A DNA stretch of 64,000 bases from Octopus bimaculoides (GCF_001194135.2 NC_069003.1:1319058-1383057), one strand, 5' to 3'. Positions 1 to 14,478 are shown, counted from the stretch's first letter. Translations and numbers: made by a program. Notes: generated by a model not told the origin, from the sequence alone.

Positions 1-697
1 ATACATATATATGCATACATATATGCATACATACATATATATGCATACATATATGCATACATAGATATATATGTATACATGCATACATACATATATATGT
101 ATACATGCATACATACATATATATGTATATATACATATTTATATATATATCTATACATGCATACATACATATATATGTATACATATATATATATATGAAT
201 ATATATATACACACATAAATGCATATATATTTATATACATGTGTGCATGTAAGTATACTGATGCAAATCGGAAATATATAGGTGTGTGTGTGTGCGCGCG
301 TGTGTGCGTGTTTGTGAGTCTCTGAATGGAAAATACTATTTTATTAATAGTGATATTGCAACACATTAGCTGATGGTCTTTGGATATCACATTTTTGTTG
401 ACTGCCATAGTTTTATTTCTTGCCATATATGTTAGCCACCTAAAAGATGATAATATTGTCTATACCTGGTATTGCTGCTAGACACATTTATCATTTTTAA
501 CTGAAATTTAGTGTCGAACAGAAACATAAAATAATGTATTTAGTGAATACTAAAAATCGTATCACCAACATTAAAACTAACCACTGCACCAACAGATGTA
601 CGACAATACATTCCTTTTGCACACATATATTTGCAAATATAGTTCAAAATGTTTCAGCGTATGTATTTAAATATATTTACACATGTATCCTATGTAG

Positions 698-743
<46 letters not shown>

Positions 744-1423
744 NNNNNNNNNNNNNNNNNNNNNNNNNNNNNNNNNNNNNNNNNNNNNNNNNNNNNNNNN
801 NNNNNNNNNNNNNNNNNNNNNNNNNNNNNNNNNNNNNNNNNNNNNNNNNNNNNNNNNNNNNNNNNNNNNNNNNNNNNNNNNNNNNNNNNNNNNNNNNNNN
901 NNNNNNNNNNNNNNNNNNNNNNNNNNNNNNNNNNNNNNNNNNNNNNNNNNNNNNNNNNNNNNNNNNNNNNNNNNNNNNNNNNNNNNNNNNNNNNNNNNNN
1001 NNNNNNNNNNNNNNNNNNNNNNNNNNNNNNNNNNNNNNNNNNNNNNNNNNNNNNNNNNNNNNNNNNNNNNNNNNNNNNNNNNNNNNNNNNNNNNNNNNNN
1101 NNNNNNNNNNNNNNNNNNNNNNNNNNNNNNNNNNNNNNNNNNNNNNNNNNNNNNNNNNNNNNNNNNNNNNNNNNNNNNNNNNNNNNNNNNNNNNNNNNNN
1201 NNNNNNNNNNNNNNNNNNNNNNNNNNNNNNNNNNNNNNNNNNNNNNNNNNNNNNNNNNNNNNNNNNNNNNNNNNNNNNNNNNNNNNNNNNNNNNNNNNNN
1301 NNNNNNNNNNNNNNNNNNNNNNNNNNNNNNNNNNNNNNNNNNNNNNNNNNNNNNNNNNNNNNNNNNNNNNNNNNNNNNNNNNNNNNNNNNNNNNNNNNNN
1401 NNNNNNNNNNNNNNNNNNNNNNN

Positions 1424-1456
<33 letters not shown>

Positions 1457-1544
1457 CCTGACGACTGACATGCGTGAAGTGCGGGCTGGCCTGTGTCAAC
1501 ACACACACACCGCTACACATACATAAACATACCTGACGACTTGA

Positions 1545-1605
1545 GTTTTTTTACTAGCTACACAGGGTCGAAACACAGAGGGGACAGCACAAGGACAGAC
1601 AAAAC
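1545..1605 (-). mobile_element. 3' fragment of a tRNA-derived SINE (family A)
   Basis: ttttttactagctacacagggtcgaaacacagaggggacagcacaaggacagac resembles the reverse complement of the 3' end of an octopus SINE as I recall it. Confidence 0.45.
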
Positions 1606-2238
1606 ATAAAAGTAGGGAAAAAATTAAATCGAATGAAAAGAATGGTAATAATAAATGAAAAGGTGGAATGACGTCTACTCGAACCCCAAACTCCAGTTAA
1701 CGTCATTTATTGATATGACTTTCCTATAGCGTAATAGATTCTACTGTTGACTTTAAATTGTGCGTATGTACTAACTGATATAACAGGCGTGAAACTAAGC
1801 AGGCAGTTTGTTTAAATTTTTCAAGGTTTCTAAAGGTTCAGTCGTATATTTTCGAAATGATAAAAGAAGTACTTTTATGTTTACCGCAATCTTAGGTCTC
1901 CGTAGAGAGTTAGTAACAGGCAATTGTGTTTCCCAATTGATAAATGTAATTGAGGGATTGATCTTCTCATTTAAATACCTTCCGATTACCTCCAATAGGC
2001 TTATGAAATGTATTTTTACCAGTCGCCGTGTGGCTTCGACGACATGGTTGGGTGGTCGCCCCAACAGAGTTGACATTAGCAGGGCTTATTCTTTGTAATA
2101 TTTTCTGTCTCCTTTTCTTCATTTTCCATTTCATATATTACCGCTTTTTTTCTCTGTTAAATAATCAATGTTCAGCATATATTTATATGCAGGAGATACT
2201 TCTCCAACAGAACAGTCGCGACATTCGTCTATACACAC

Positions 2239-2301
<63 letters not shown>

Positions 2302-3458
2302 TATGTGTGTGTGTGTATTTATGTGCTGAAAATATTTCCTTTAGACGTAAAATATTTTGGAAGATGATCTCAAGACTTTGTGCTATATTCCAGTTAATCG
2401 CAATTTTAAATATTGCCACATTTATGAGTTTACAATTATATTTTAAGAATAGTTATGAAAAGTTTATTCACATTGTTGCTGTACAAGTAGCGTGCTACTC
2501 GAATGCCTAAGCATATCTGCAAGAAATGAAGAGTTGCCTTAAATTGTCTCCTTTAAATTCATTCCAGGATGTTTTTACAAGTCATCAATTTTAAACAATT
2601 TCATTGAAACACTTTGGTTAAGCAACGGATAATTACAATTACAGAATCTTCCAGTACATTTCGAAAACCAACTCCTACATATTTTGCTGCAAAGCAAAAG
2701 GACCTTGAGGTGCCGCGGATCAGGTAGGCTTGTAACATTTAAGTGTTTTTTAACAAATCTAAAATGTATCAATCTTCAAAAAAAAAAAAAAAAAAAAAAA
2801 AATAACTGCTACGTTTTAAAATAGTCATTACACAAGGATTGATGAAATAATATAATTCCAGGAGATTTATGAACTCATTCATACCAATACAGTAGCACCT
2901 TGGTGTGCAGATAAATGTACTTCCTCTAATCTCTTGAAATCCATAAGAATTATATTCGTTTAGAGATCTTTCGACAAAATATTTGCGAGACAATCAATGA
3001 ACAAGTAGAGCGACGCCACCATTCTATAGATAAAATGGAAATATTACAAACGATTTTGAGAAGATGACGTGCATGATAGATCGTTAGTATTGAGCAACTG
3101 GCCGGGAATGAAAATCATTTCACGACAGTTTAAAATAATATTGTTTAATGTATATTTATTACATGTATGTGTATCAAATTGAATTTGCCATCATAAATAT
3201 GTATACTTTAGTGAAGTGCAAAGTATGATATTTCCAGTCTGACAAGAAATAAATATATCGAAGGTTATTTAATATAGCATAAGCATTAATAAAAAGGAGA
3301 AAATAAAAGCTGTGATATTCCAAAGATTAGACAGACTCGCGGAAAAGGTAACGAGAGATCTGACGCAGCCGCCCACAGCACTTAAGGAACAACAAAGAAA
3401 ATATTTGACCATTCGAAATAGAAAGGAAATACAATTTTCGTATATGTGTGAATGTATG

Positions 3459-3505
<47 letters not shown>

Positions 3506-4132
3506 CATACACATTCATTTAGAGATTGAGACACCTTTCGTCAGGTAGGTAGTAGTAAAGAGATTTTCAATACAAATTTTTACCTAAATATATAGAGACA
3601 CGTCCGGAAGGAGGTGGGGCGACGAATTCCCATATCTATCAGTGCACATATAGACGCTAAAAACACCATACAACCATAAACATATAGATACATATATATG
3701 TATGTATATATATGTGTAATTTATATATATATATATAAATATGTGCAATTAATATATATACACATATATATATATATGTATGTAATTTATATATATATAT
3801 ATATATATATATATGTAGCTATATTTGTGTGTGCATGAGTGTTTATGCAAGTATGACTATAACAGGAATAAAATATCTATAGCGAGTTCTCTTCTGTGGC
3901 AAACTCATAATAAACGCTGATATTGGATATCTTCATATGTTTTCAATCAATATACACAAAATCAAATAACATTTCTATTGCTATCTTATGAGCGATTCAG
4001 ACATATTGCTTGGTATAAAGCTTGTCTTTATCACCAGTTTACAAGCCGCAACCATATCTATCGCCATCTTATATTTATCAAACCTGCATATGAACTTTTG
4101 CACATATGCATAGCTGCATACAAATGAAAATA

Positions 4133-4163
<31 letters not shown>

Positions 4164-4465
4164 GATATATATATGAGTGTGTCTATGTTTGTCTCAGTGT
4201 GTATGTGTGCATGTGTGTGTTTCCGTGAGTATATGCGTGCATGCTTCTGTGACTGTGCATCTGTGTGTTTGAGTGTGTGTACGCATATATATATATATGT
4301 GTGTGTGTGTATGTATGTATGTGTATACATATATTTATATATAATGTATACATATGTACAGGTTTATGTGTAATGTTTATATATATCAATATATGCGACA
4401 GTACGTTAGACAGGTTATCCTATAACATATATATAACAAAATAAGATTAACAATAAATGGAATTG

Positions 4466-4503
<38 letters not shown>

Positions 4504-4979
4504 TCAATATATGTATATTCATATATACTTCAAATATATGTTTGTAAAATATATATATATATATGTTTGTGTGCTAAGGCTGTGTGTTATGGGAGGCGAA
4601 TGTATTTAAACGTAGTAAGACCTTCTAAGACGCGAAAGTTCAAAGGAAGAATATAAAGAGATTTATTATACAATGAATAATATGACGTGTGACGTCAGTG
4701 TTCGTACGAGACCAGAGAAAAATATTTATGTAAGAGTCAGCTCGAGAGTGTGAGAGAGAAGGGCAGAACGTGAGAGAGAGAGTGAGAGTGAGGGAGAGAG
4801 TCGTAAAGTATATGAGGGAAAGCAACAGGGAGCAAGTAGGATATGTGAGAGGAATGGATAAACATGCATGTATATATATATATAGGTATATGAGACTGCA
4901 TGTGAACGTTTGAATGTGTGTTTGTGTCTAATATACCTGGCCTCATATATATACATACATATCTATATATATATCTATA

Positions 4980-5069
<90 letters not shown>

Positions 5070-5221
5070 TATGTATGTATATATATGTAAGGTATCTATA
5101 TATCTATACATGTATATATGTATATGTATATATGTGCATGTTTTTTTTGTATATATAAGCACACAAATATAGTATATGTACATATATAGGTATGTATTTA
5201 TATAACTAAATGTAATACAAG

Positions 5222-5258
<37 letters not shown>

Positions 5259-6079
5259 AATATATGGAAATATATTTATATATACATATATTTGGATGTG
5301 TATATATATGTATATATGTGTGTGTATGTGTGTTTATATATTTATGTCTGCATATATATATATATATATATATANNNNNNNNNNNNNNNNNNNNNNNNNN
5401 NNNNNNNNNNNNNNNNNNNNNNNNNNNNNNNNNNNNNNNNNNNNNNNNNNNNNNNNNNNNNNNNNNNNNNNNNNNNNNNNNNNNNNNNNNNNNNNNNNNN
5501 NNNNNNNNNNNNNNNNNNNNNNNNNNNNNNNNNNNNNNNNNNNNNNNNNNNNNNNNNNNNNNNNNNNNNNNNNNNNNNNNNNNNNNNNNNNNNNNNNNNN
5601 NNNNNNNNNNNNNNNNNNNNNNNNNNNNNNNNNNNNNNNNNNNNNNNNNNNNNNNNNNNNNNNNNNNNNNNNNNNNNNNNNNNNNNNNNNNNNNNNNNNN
5701 NNNNNNNNNNNNNNNNNNNNNNNNNNNNNNNNNNNNNNNNNNNNNNNNNNNNNNNNNNNNNNNNNNNNNNNNNNNNNNNNNNNNNNNNNNNNNNNNNNNN
5801 NNNNNNNNNNNNNNNNNNNNNNNNNNNNNNNNNNNNNNNNNNNNNNNNNNNNNNNNNNNNNNNNNNNNNNNNNNNNNNNNNNNNNNNNNNNNNNNNNNNN
5901 NNNNNNNNNNNNNNNNNNNNNNNNNNNNNNNNNNNNNNNNNNNNNNNNNNNNNNNNNNNNNNNNNNNNNNNNNNNNNNNNNNNNNNNNNNNNNNTATATA
6001 TATATATATGTTTATCTATATGTCTATTATATGTTTATCTATATGTCTATTATATATATACATACATACATACATACAT

Positions 6080-6126
<47 letters not shown>

Positions 6127-7605
6127 CGCATATTCACATACGCATATATAGAACATGAATGATCTGAACGAAGTGATTTATTGTATGAGATATAATATAA
6201 CAGAATTTCAATGAAATATCAGTCCAAATTTCGTGACATAATTATGCTTTTCTGTTTAGAGAGGTTGGTAGTTCTATGAATTAACCAAACCACTTTTGTG
6301 CTGCTACAAATTTGACAAAGATGTCAACAGAAGACAATATAGAAGCATTAATATAACCGAAACAAAAAGAAAATAATAAATATCTAAGACCTCTGAGTAC
6401 ATCTTTATTAAATTCTAGAATATAATATCAGTCTCAATATGCTGAAACATTCTTCTTTTCCATTAGGAATTTCTCCAAGACAGTTATTGTTTGGAGACTG
6501 TGATAGCATCTATAATAATATGGTCGTATATTAACGCGTCACAATAAAAAAGAATCATGAAAGAAAGTAGTAAGGCGAGAAAAATAAAAAGAAAGAAAAA
6601 AAAAGCAAGTGAGAAATGAGAAAAATATAAGCATATCAAAACACTTGAAACACCAAGAAAAATATCCAAAGAAAATTGATATTAAACAGAAGAAAAAATC
6701 GAGAACAGAACTAATAAATGGACAGCACAGCATCACGTCGAAGATAAACAATAACAGTCTATTCGATCTGTTAGGTATAGCAATCAAATGTCACTCAAAT
6801 CACAACCTATTGTATATATTTATGGCCATTTTGTATAATTCCCATCTGGTCCCTGGATATTGAAATAAGAAGAGTTTTTCACGGCTGGAAAGCTTTTGAT
6901 CATGGGTTAACTTGTCACGTCTGAGAGAGGGCAATGTACAAGACACCAATCAAAATCATCAACAATGACGACGGCATTAAGAATTAGCCAATGGGATGGC
7001 TTCTAAGTAGTGACTTCGTTTGTTGGACTTATTAGCCGAATATCCTCAAACCTCAAGTATACTCTCAAAAAAAGAAATGTTGTCCAATATACACTAAAAC
7101 ATTGAATCATTGGAAACTATGACGGAATGAACATGCACTCAACACCATTTAATCACATCTGCTTTTTATTAGTGATGGACCACGTGCCGTTACTAATGAC
7201 TTTTAATTGTAATATGTTATATATGAATAGGGAACAAAATAAGGTACATAAAAATCGCGCATACAAACATTCACATACTCTCCTTGTATACATACACACA
7301 TATACTCCCACTTCCTCNNNNNNNNNNNNNNNNNNNNNNNNNNNNNNNNNNNNNNNNNNNNNNNNNNNNNNNNNNNNNNNNNNNNNNNNNNNNNNNNNNN
7401 NNNNNNNNNNNNNNNNNNNNNNNNNNNNNNNNNNNNNNNNNNNNNNNNNNNNNNNNNNNNNNNNNNNNNNNNNNNNNNNNNNNNNNNNNNNNNNNNNNNN
7501 NNNNNNNNNNNNNNNNNNNNNNNNNNNNNNNNNNNNNNNNNNNNNNNNNNNNNNNNNNNNNNNNNNNNNNNNNNNNNNNNNNNNNNNNNNNNNNNNNNNN
7601 NNNNN

Positions 7606-7648
<43 letters not shown>

Positions 7649-7720
7649 CACGAGCACCATTTCTCAAAACATTTTCGAGGTCTTGTGCCTAGAGTAGAAA
7701 TATTAATAATTACTTTCGTT

Positions 7721-7923
7721 AAGGTCGTGTGTTGCCAGAATCGTAAGCATGCCGGTGAAAATGCTAAGCGCCGTTTCGTCCGTCTTTACCGTCTGAGTTC
7801 AAATTCTGTGGAGGTGAATTTTGCCTTTTATCCAATCGAGATCGACAAAAGTGTACCAGTATTGTGCTTTGCAATGTAATCGAGGTATCCCCGCTCCCAC
7901 AATTGTTGGCCTTTTGCCAAAAT
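7721..7923 (+). mobile_element. tRNA-derived SINE (family A), near full length
   Basis: A-box-like ttgccagaatcgtaagc and B-box gagttcaaattct (7795-7807). The body ttgccttttatcc...gtaccagt...gtaatcga is shared with the copies at 13117, 38205, 48251 and 53180. Confidence 0.85.
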
Positions 7924-8424
7924 ATCAAATCATTGTCATCATCTTCATCATCATTATTATTGTTACTGGTGCTGCTGTTGTCATTGTTGTTGCTGTATTG
8001 TGGTTGATGTTCTTGTTATTAATTGGACAGCATTTCTGCGAAAGAAACACCTAGTTATACAACCTTATTAACAAATAACGATCGAACCATTCGTGCGGTT
8101 GCATAGGATCAAGCTTAGATAATGGTGGCAGAAAGTTTTATGTAGTTAACATAAGAGCGGCAGACATTATAGGAGTTGTAGTGTGAGGACGTCAGTTAGC
8201 GAAACATGAATGTGTTTGTTTATGAGATAGCTGACCTTATCTGGCCAAATGTGTATATGTGTGTGTTTGTGTGTGTGTGTCTGTGTGTGCGTGTGTGTGC
8301 GCGTGCGTTTGTTTCTGCTTGTTGATCCTCGTGTGCCTCTACTGCGTGTTTATGTGCATCTATGAATATTATTTAATGTATCTATTATCATTGAAACGTA
8401 CACACACAAACACAGTTACATATA

Positions 8425-8470
<46 letters not shown>

Positions 8471-8568
8471 CATTTATATTATATTAAGCATTATTTACTA
8501 TACAGTATATATATATACATACATATCATATATTACATATTTACATATTACGGGTATATAACTATATA

Positions 8569-8612
<44 letters not shown>

Positions 8613-9297
8613 TGTGTGTGTGTGTATATTTATATATATATATATATATATGCTTGCGTTTGTGCTTATACGTAGGAAGTTATGCAAGCGAACGCATACG
8701 GTATGTGTTTACGTATGCGCTCACTAGTTATACGTGCACAGAATACAGAGTGAATATGTCCTTAATACTCCCATAAAAGCGGTAGAGAATTTTAATAATC
8801 TATTTATTCATTCTCTGATTCACCAGTGCCAATAAATATAAACTGTCCTTGGTAATTGGTTTGGAAAGAAGGGAAACAAATTGGTGTGAAACAGAATAGT
8901 AGTCATAACAATAATGCTGTTTTTTTTTCTTTTTATCCGCCCCTTCCTAATCCCGCTTTAGTTTCTTTGCCTTGTATCTATAGCTTCTCTTCTTATTAAT
9001 TGCACAAGTAGTGCATTCCTCCTTAACGTTTAATCACCTTTCTCTCCTGTCATTTCGAATAACACGGAAAACTATAAAAAGAAAAGAACATGGTAATTAT
9101 AGATTATTGGAAGATGTATGAGTGTTTGGGTGTATGTTAGAGAGAGGGAATGTGTTTGTGCGTGTGTGTCCTTATTTTTGCTTCTATCATTGCCTGACAA
9201 CAGGTGATGATTTGCTTGCATTCCCCGTAAAATATTGGCTGAGGACAGAAAATCGGATGCAACAAGTACTGGGCCTTAAAAATATGTTAGTACTTAC

Positions 9298-9347
9298 TGT
9301 GTTCGATGTCATGGAATAAGATCTCCAATTCTGTCCCCTCTGCACTG
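9298..9347 (-). CDS. Candidate 50-nt internal exon, product unknown
   Basis: Acceptor ttctgtcttttgttgcattcactgtgccgcag| and donor ACA|gtaagt. Two frames are open (AVQRGQNWRSYSMTSNT or SAEGTELEILFHDIEH). No homology recognised. Confidence 0.25.
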
Positions 9348-9492
9348 CTGCGGCACAGTGAATGCAACAAAAGACAGAAATCGAGATACAGCCATTACAT
9401 ATGTGTGTGTGCATCGGTGGTGGTGTCGGTGTGTGTGTGTCTATATATATATATGTGTGAGTGTGTGTGTGTATATATATATGTGTGTGTGA

Positions 9493-9554
<62 letters not shown>

Positions 9555-10493
9555 ACATTAAGTCCTTAAGACAGAAATGTCTGATTTTATGATGCACAAC
9601 GTTTGACAATCGTTCACTCTAATATTATATCCTGAAAAAATTCTTTTGTTTTACAACATTCAAGAGTTACATAATCATGTTTCGAAATGCAATTCATGGT
9701 GTCCCATTATATTGTGTGTTTCCTCTTGTAAAACAATTTTTGTGAACCCATGGATAGACAAAACAATTCATGTTGATTATGAATATGAGTTCCGACGTGG
9801 AACCAATGCATCCCAGAGAGCTCGAAACATCTATTGGGCTGTTTGGTGAAGCTGTGTCGAATGATCACACTGTACGTCAATGTTATGAGAAAGTCCAGTC
9901 TGGTGATATTGCTGTTGAAAATCAGCCTTGTGGTAGAACTTTAGACCGAAGTGGAAACGGTAATGGAAGCGCATGCATCTCACACTACGCCTGAATTAGC
10001 AGCAAGGTTTGAAGTTCCGATTCCAACCGTATTGGACCATCTAATACAAATCAGCAAGGTAAAGAAACTGGACAAGCGAGTACCATCGAACCGAGCAAGC
10101 ACCAAATGACACGTCGTCTTGTAACTTGCTGTTCTTTGCTGTCAACTGTATAAAAGCGAACCAGTTTTGTATCGGTTTGTTACGTGTGATGAAAAGTGGA
10201 TACTTTACGACAATAGCAAGCGTTCAATACATTCGTTGGACCGAGACGAAGTGCCAAAACACAACCCCAAAAAGTAAAATCACCAAAAAAAGTTAATGGT
10301 TTCTGTTTGGTGGTCCAGCGCTGGTGTCATCCACTGCAGCTGCACGAGACCTGGTAAGTCAATTACAGCGGATGTATACGTCAACCAATTGGATGAAATA
10401 ATGAGTGAACTTGCAATTAAAACACCGAGATTGGTCAATAGAGGCAGGCGAATTCTATTGCAAGACGATGCTCAACCACATGTTGCTAAAACG
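9555..10493 (+). mobile_element. Decayed mariner (DD34D) transposon, 3'-truncated transposase pseudogene
   Basis: Frameshifted translation from 9750: YEFRRGTNASQRARNI / FGEAVSNDHTVRQ (HTH), VKKLDKRVP (WVPHEL-like), FVTCDEKWILYDN (first D; TCDEKW at 10182-10199), KLMVSVWWSSAGVIH, ILLQDDAQPHVAK (second D). The third D and right TIR are absent. Confidence 0.95.
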
Positions 10494-11563
10494 TTTTATT
10501 CTTCGCTCTCTCTTTTTGGTGCAAACACCTTCAGAAGCTTATCCACACGGTCACATGTTTTACCCTTTGATGTGTTTCTTCCTTCAGTCTACTCATTTAG
10601 CTCCTTGTTAGTGTTCCTCATTAGTAACAACCTGTCTTTGAAGATACAACAAAAGTCGAATGACGGAAGCTACATGTCATCAAACATGAGGTGAAGCACA
10701 AATGAATGAAATAACATTGAGTGTGCTACAGGCAAAACATTAGTGAACTACACACATTTCTCTTAAGGTACGTACTGACATCATTACAATAACAAATTTG
10801 TTGAGCAGACTCCAAGTTTCCATGGAAATCGATATTGATCAATAAAACTCCCTCCTGTCAATAACATTTTCACTATTGTTATATACACATATGTAAATAA
10901 TACATGTAAATGTCAAACTGAATAACAACAATAAACACATTAATGGCTGTTGTCAGGTTTAGAGGCGAAAAATGTATGCCTATACACGCACACGCACACA
11001 TATATATATATACATGCAAACAAACACACGCACACAAGCACTCATAACTATACATATCGGTGTATCGTTACGTATATCTATCGACGAACACACACACACA
11101 TTAGCTATGTGTGTGTGTGTGTGTGTGTGTGTGTATACATATTATATATATATATATACGAAAATTAAAGGGAGAGTCAGAGAGAAAAAGGAACGAGTGG
11201 CGTCAGACGTAAAGAGAAGGAATAACAGTATTTTCCAAATTTATAGCAATGCTGGAATTTCCCATGTGAGTAATATGATGGCACGGAAAAGAATGACTAG
11301 ACGGTCGATAGTTTTTGTGGGACACAGAATACATTATATGCTAAATGTTAGCTGGCCAGAATTCACAATACAATAGGAAAAATGCACATATATTTTGAGA
11401 ATCAATTTGACAGGAGAAAATGTCGGTTATATAAGTAATTTCGATGAATTGCTATACGATTCAACTCTAGCTGGAGACGATGGGAATTCTGTCAGTACAC
11501 ACCAGGAAATGTATATATATAACCTAACACTGGCACATAAAAACATATTTATTTACATACGTG

Positions 11564-11606
<43 letters not shown>

Positions 11607-13116
11607 ATACATACAGACGCAGGCGTATCTGTATGTTAAGTAGTTTGTGTCCCAACCAAATGATTCTGAGTTCAGTCCTATGTGAGAACGAACATAATAT
11701 CATATGTGATAAACAGTTGAGAACGTTCTAGTCGGCGGCACTCGACGATTCTATACGTATCTATAGAAGGCTTTAAATTTCACGTCGAGTTAGATTTTAC
11801 ATACATAGATACATACATATTTACATATGTATGTATTGTGCGTGTGTGTATGTGCGTGTATATATATATATATATTCATACTTACATACATACATACTGA
11901 CGTTTATGTCTATACACATTGGCACATATTTTCTGTCTTCCATCTCTTCTCGATATATAGACCAGCATATTTCTATACCATTTGTACCTTTTTCTTTAAA
12001 CCTGTGTCGCTGGAAAGATGCATCCTTTCCATCAGATTATAGCTTCCAGTTATGTCCACCGATGTTGCAATGGTGACTCCAAAATAAAGAATTACTTCGT
12101 TCATTTGACTGTCACTGTGCAAATACTTTGTAGGAATGGTTCATTTGTCCCAGTTTTTTACTTTCTAAGTTCAGAATGCACTAAATTTAAGTTTGCTCTC
12201 CATCTCCCTGAGGTACAATAAGAAAAAAAAATATTGCAATCGATAAAGCTCATATTTTCCCATTATAATCTTATGCCTTTATAAGGAATCATTATCTAAC
12301 CAGTTTACCAGAAATACCACCCCAGCACGCTCATTGAATGGAAGCCTATTATTTTGTAAAACGTTTCCGAATAATAGTCAAGTCGAACGTGATCAAAGTA
12401 ATAGTTTTTAGTTGATGTCAGAGAGAAAATTTCTTTCATGAAACAGGAAAAATATATCTTAGAATTTCCAAATAAAAAGAATTGTTTTTGTAGAAACATT
12501 AAAAGAAAACCAACAGCAAATCTGTGCACGACAGCAAAAATATATTTCTTCAGCTGAAACATGTCGGTGTATGAAAACAAAAAGAAATCCAAAGCTTGAA
12601 TATGGATACATGCTGCACAAAATGTCACCAAAATTTTGCTGCAGCATACATATTGCAAGACAGTTGAACAAGAAATTAAATACGAATTACGTTGAATTCT
12701 GAAAGTTGTACCAAAAGCAAACTAAATATTATCATCAATATGTCACTGTGTGATTGTTATACCTCATGTTATGCAGGAAACGAAAATTGTCAGAGAACAA
12801 AATTATGAAGTGATATGCGCAAAATGAGAAAGTAGCACGCTCAGTGCTGTGTTTTTGATCGGGAAGAAAACAGATGTGACAAACATGAGAAATGACGTTT
12901 AAAAAAAAAAGCAATAATGGCTCTACTTTATGGTAGAGCTAATGTAGCTCTACCATAAAAAACTGTTTAAATATTTTTTTTTTATTGATGGCACACAAAG
13001 AAGACTATTGCTGCATTCTTTTTCTCTATCTCCATATCTATAAACTGATTGTTTCGATATGATATTATGTTGCGTCAATATTGAGCAAAAATTAATCACA
13101 TTATTTCTGTCAAGTG

Positions 13117-13335
13117 AAGCCGGCAAGCTGGCTTACGTGTTAGAGTGACGGGCAAAATGCTTAACGGTATTTAGACCCACTTTAAACATAATAATTTCAA
13201 ATACCGCCGAGTTCAGTTATACCTCTCGTCGTTTAGGGGATGATATAATAATATAACAATCAAGTACAGGGATTATGTAATCAGTTAAACCTGCACCCCA
13301 AATTACTGGCCTCTTGGCAAAATTTGAATTCAACT
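13117..13335 (+). mobile_element. Degenerate SINE (family A)
   Basis: ccggcaagctggc...ggcaaaatgcttaacggtattt...ttcaaataccgccgag...aattactggcctcttggcaaaatttgaa aligns by eye with the 7721 and 48251 copies. Confidence 0.65.
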
Positions 13336-13381
13336 TACTGTTGGATTTATACAATTCAAATTATACAAATCAACCCAGCAA

Positions 13382-13564
13382 TGGGTTGAGAAGAGGCTAT
13401 CCCTAAAAGTTCGGGTTGAGGTCGCGAACGCGTACATCGCATCTGTCATCGATTACCATTTGACCGTTGTGCCTTGTACCGACCTTAACATCACCAAACT
13501 GGAATGCATACTCTTCCGTTTCTTGTGGAAGGGAAGCGTCCCTATGGTCAGGCGATCCTTTCTC
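13382..13564 (+). mobile_element. Tx1/L1-clade LINE ORF2 fragment (region downstream of the RT domain)
   Basis: Open frame WVEKRLSLKVRVEVANAYIASVIDYHLTVVPCTDLNITKLECILFRFLWKGSVPMVRRSF fits the W..R.LS..GR....N......Y.......F.FLW.G....V pattern of L1/Tx1 ORF2. Confidence 0.85.
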
Positions 13565-14441
13565 TATCCTTTATTAACCCCACCTTTCTTGATTGTCTCC
13601 CTCTGTCTATTTTCTCTCCACTCTCTGATTTTCTTTCTATTTTTATCTTCTAAACAAAACAAAAATGAACAACGAAACGTTCTATTTTTACCATTTTGCT
13701 TATGTCTTGACGAATTCGATAAAAGAAAGAAAGCGCGAATAACGAATTATCCAAAATTCTAACTGCCTCCTTTTTTTCCAATATACTATATCTGTACACC
13801 ACTTCAAACACTCTATACATAAATAAATAATATCTACATGTATGTGTGTATAGATCTATATACATATCACCATATATGAATGTTTGAAATCATCGTATAA
13901 AGGAATAACACACAATGTAANNNNNNNNNNNNNNNNNNNNNNNNNNNNNNNNNNNNNNNNNNNNNNNNNNNNNNNNNNNNNNNNNNNNNNNNNNNNNNNN
14001 NNNNNNNNNNNNNNNNNNNNNNNNNNNNNNNNNNNNNNNNNNNNNNNNNNNNNNNNNNNNNNNNNNNNNNNNNNNNNNNNNNNNNNNNNNNNNNNNNNNN
14101 NNNNNNNNNNNNNNNNNNNNNNNNNNNNNNNNNNNNNNNNNNNNNNNNNNNNNNNNNNNNNNNNNNNNNNNNNNNNNNNNNNNNNNNNNNNNNNNNNNNN
14201 NNNNNNNNNNNNNNNNNNNNNNNNNNNNNNNNNNNNNNNNNNNNNNNNNNNNNNNNNNNNNNNNNNNNNNNNNNNNNNNNNNNNNNNNNNNNNNNNNNNN
14301 NNNNNNNNNNNNNNNNNNNNNNNNNNNNNNNNNNNNNNNNNNNNNNNNNNNNNNNNNNNNNNNNNNNNNNNNNNNNNNNNNNNNNNNNNNNNNNNNNNNN
14401 NNNNNNNNNNNNNNNNNNNNNNNNNNNNNNNNNNNNNNNNA

Positions 14442-14478
<37 letters not shown>

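Noticed and set aside
1531-1580. CTGACGA...GAAAC, a hammerhead-like spacing
   Set aside because: There is no stem I and no valid stem II; the GAAAC lies in a mutated SINE tail.
1795-2076. 93-aa minus-strand ORF (overlapped by a 96-aa plus-strand ORF)
   Set aside because: No recognisable motif and no convincing splice boundaries.
4690-4697. Perfect CRE palindrome TGACGTCA (also at 18937-18944 and 40138-40145)
   Set aside because: Isolated 8-mers with no promoter context; a few are expected by chance.
9203-9241. GTGATGA...CTGA, C/D-box-like
   Set aside because: Only 39 nt long, with no terminal stem and no second D box.
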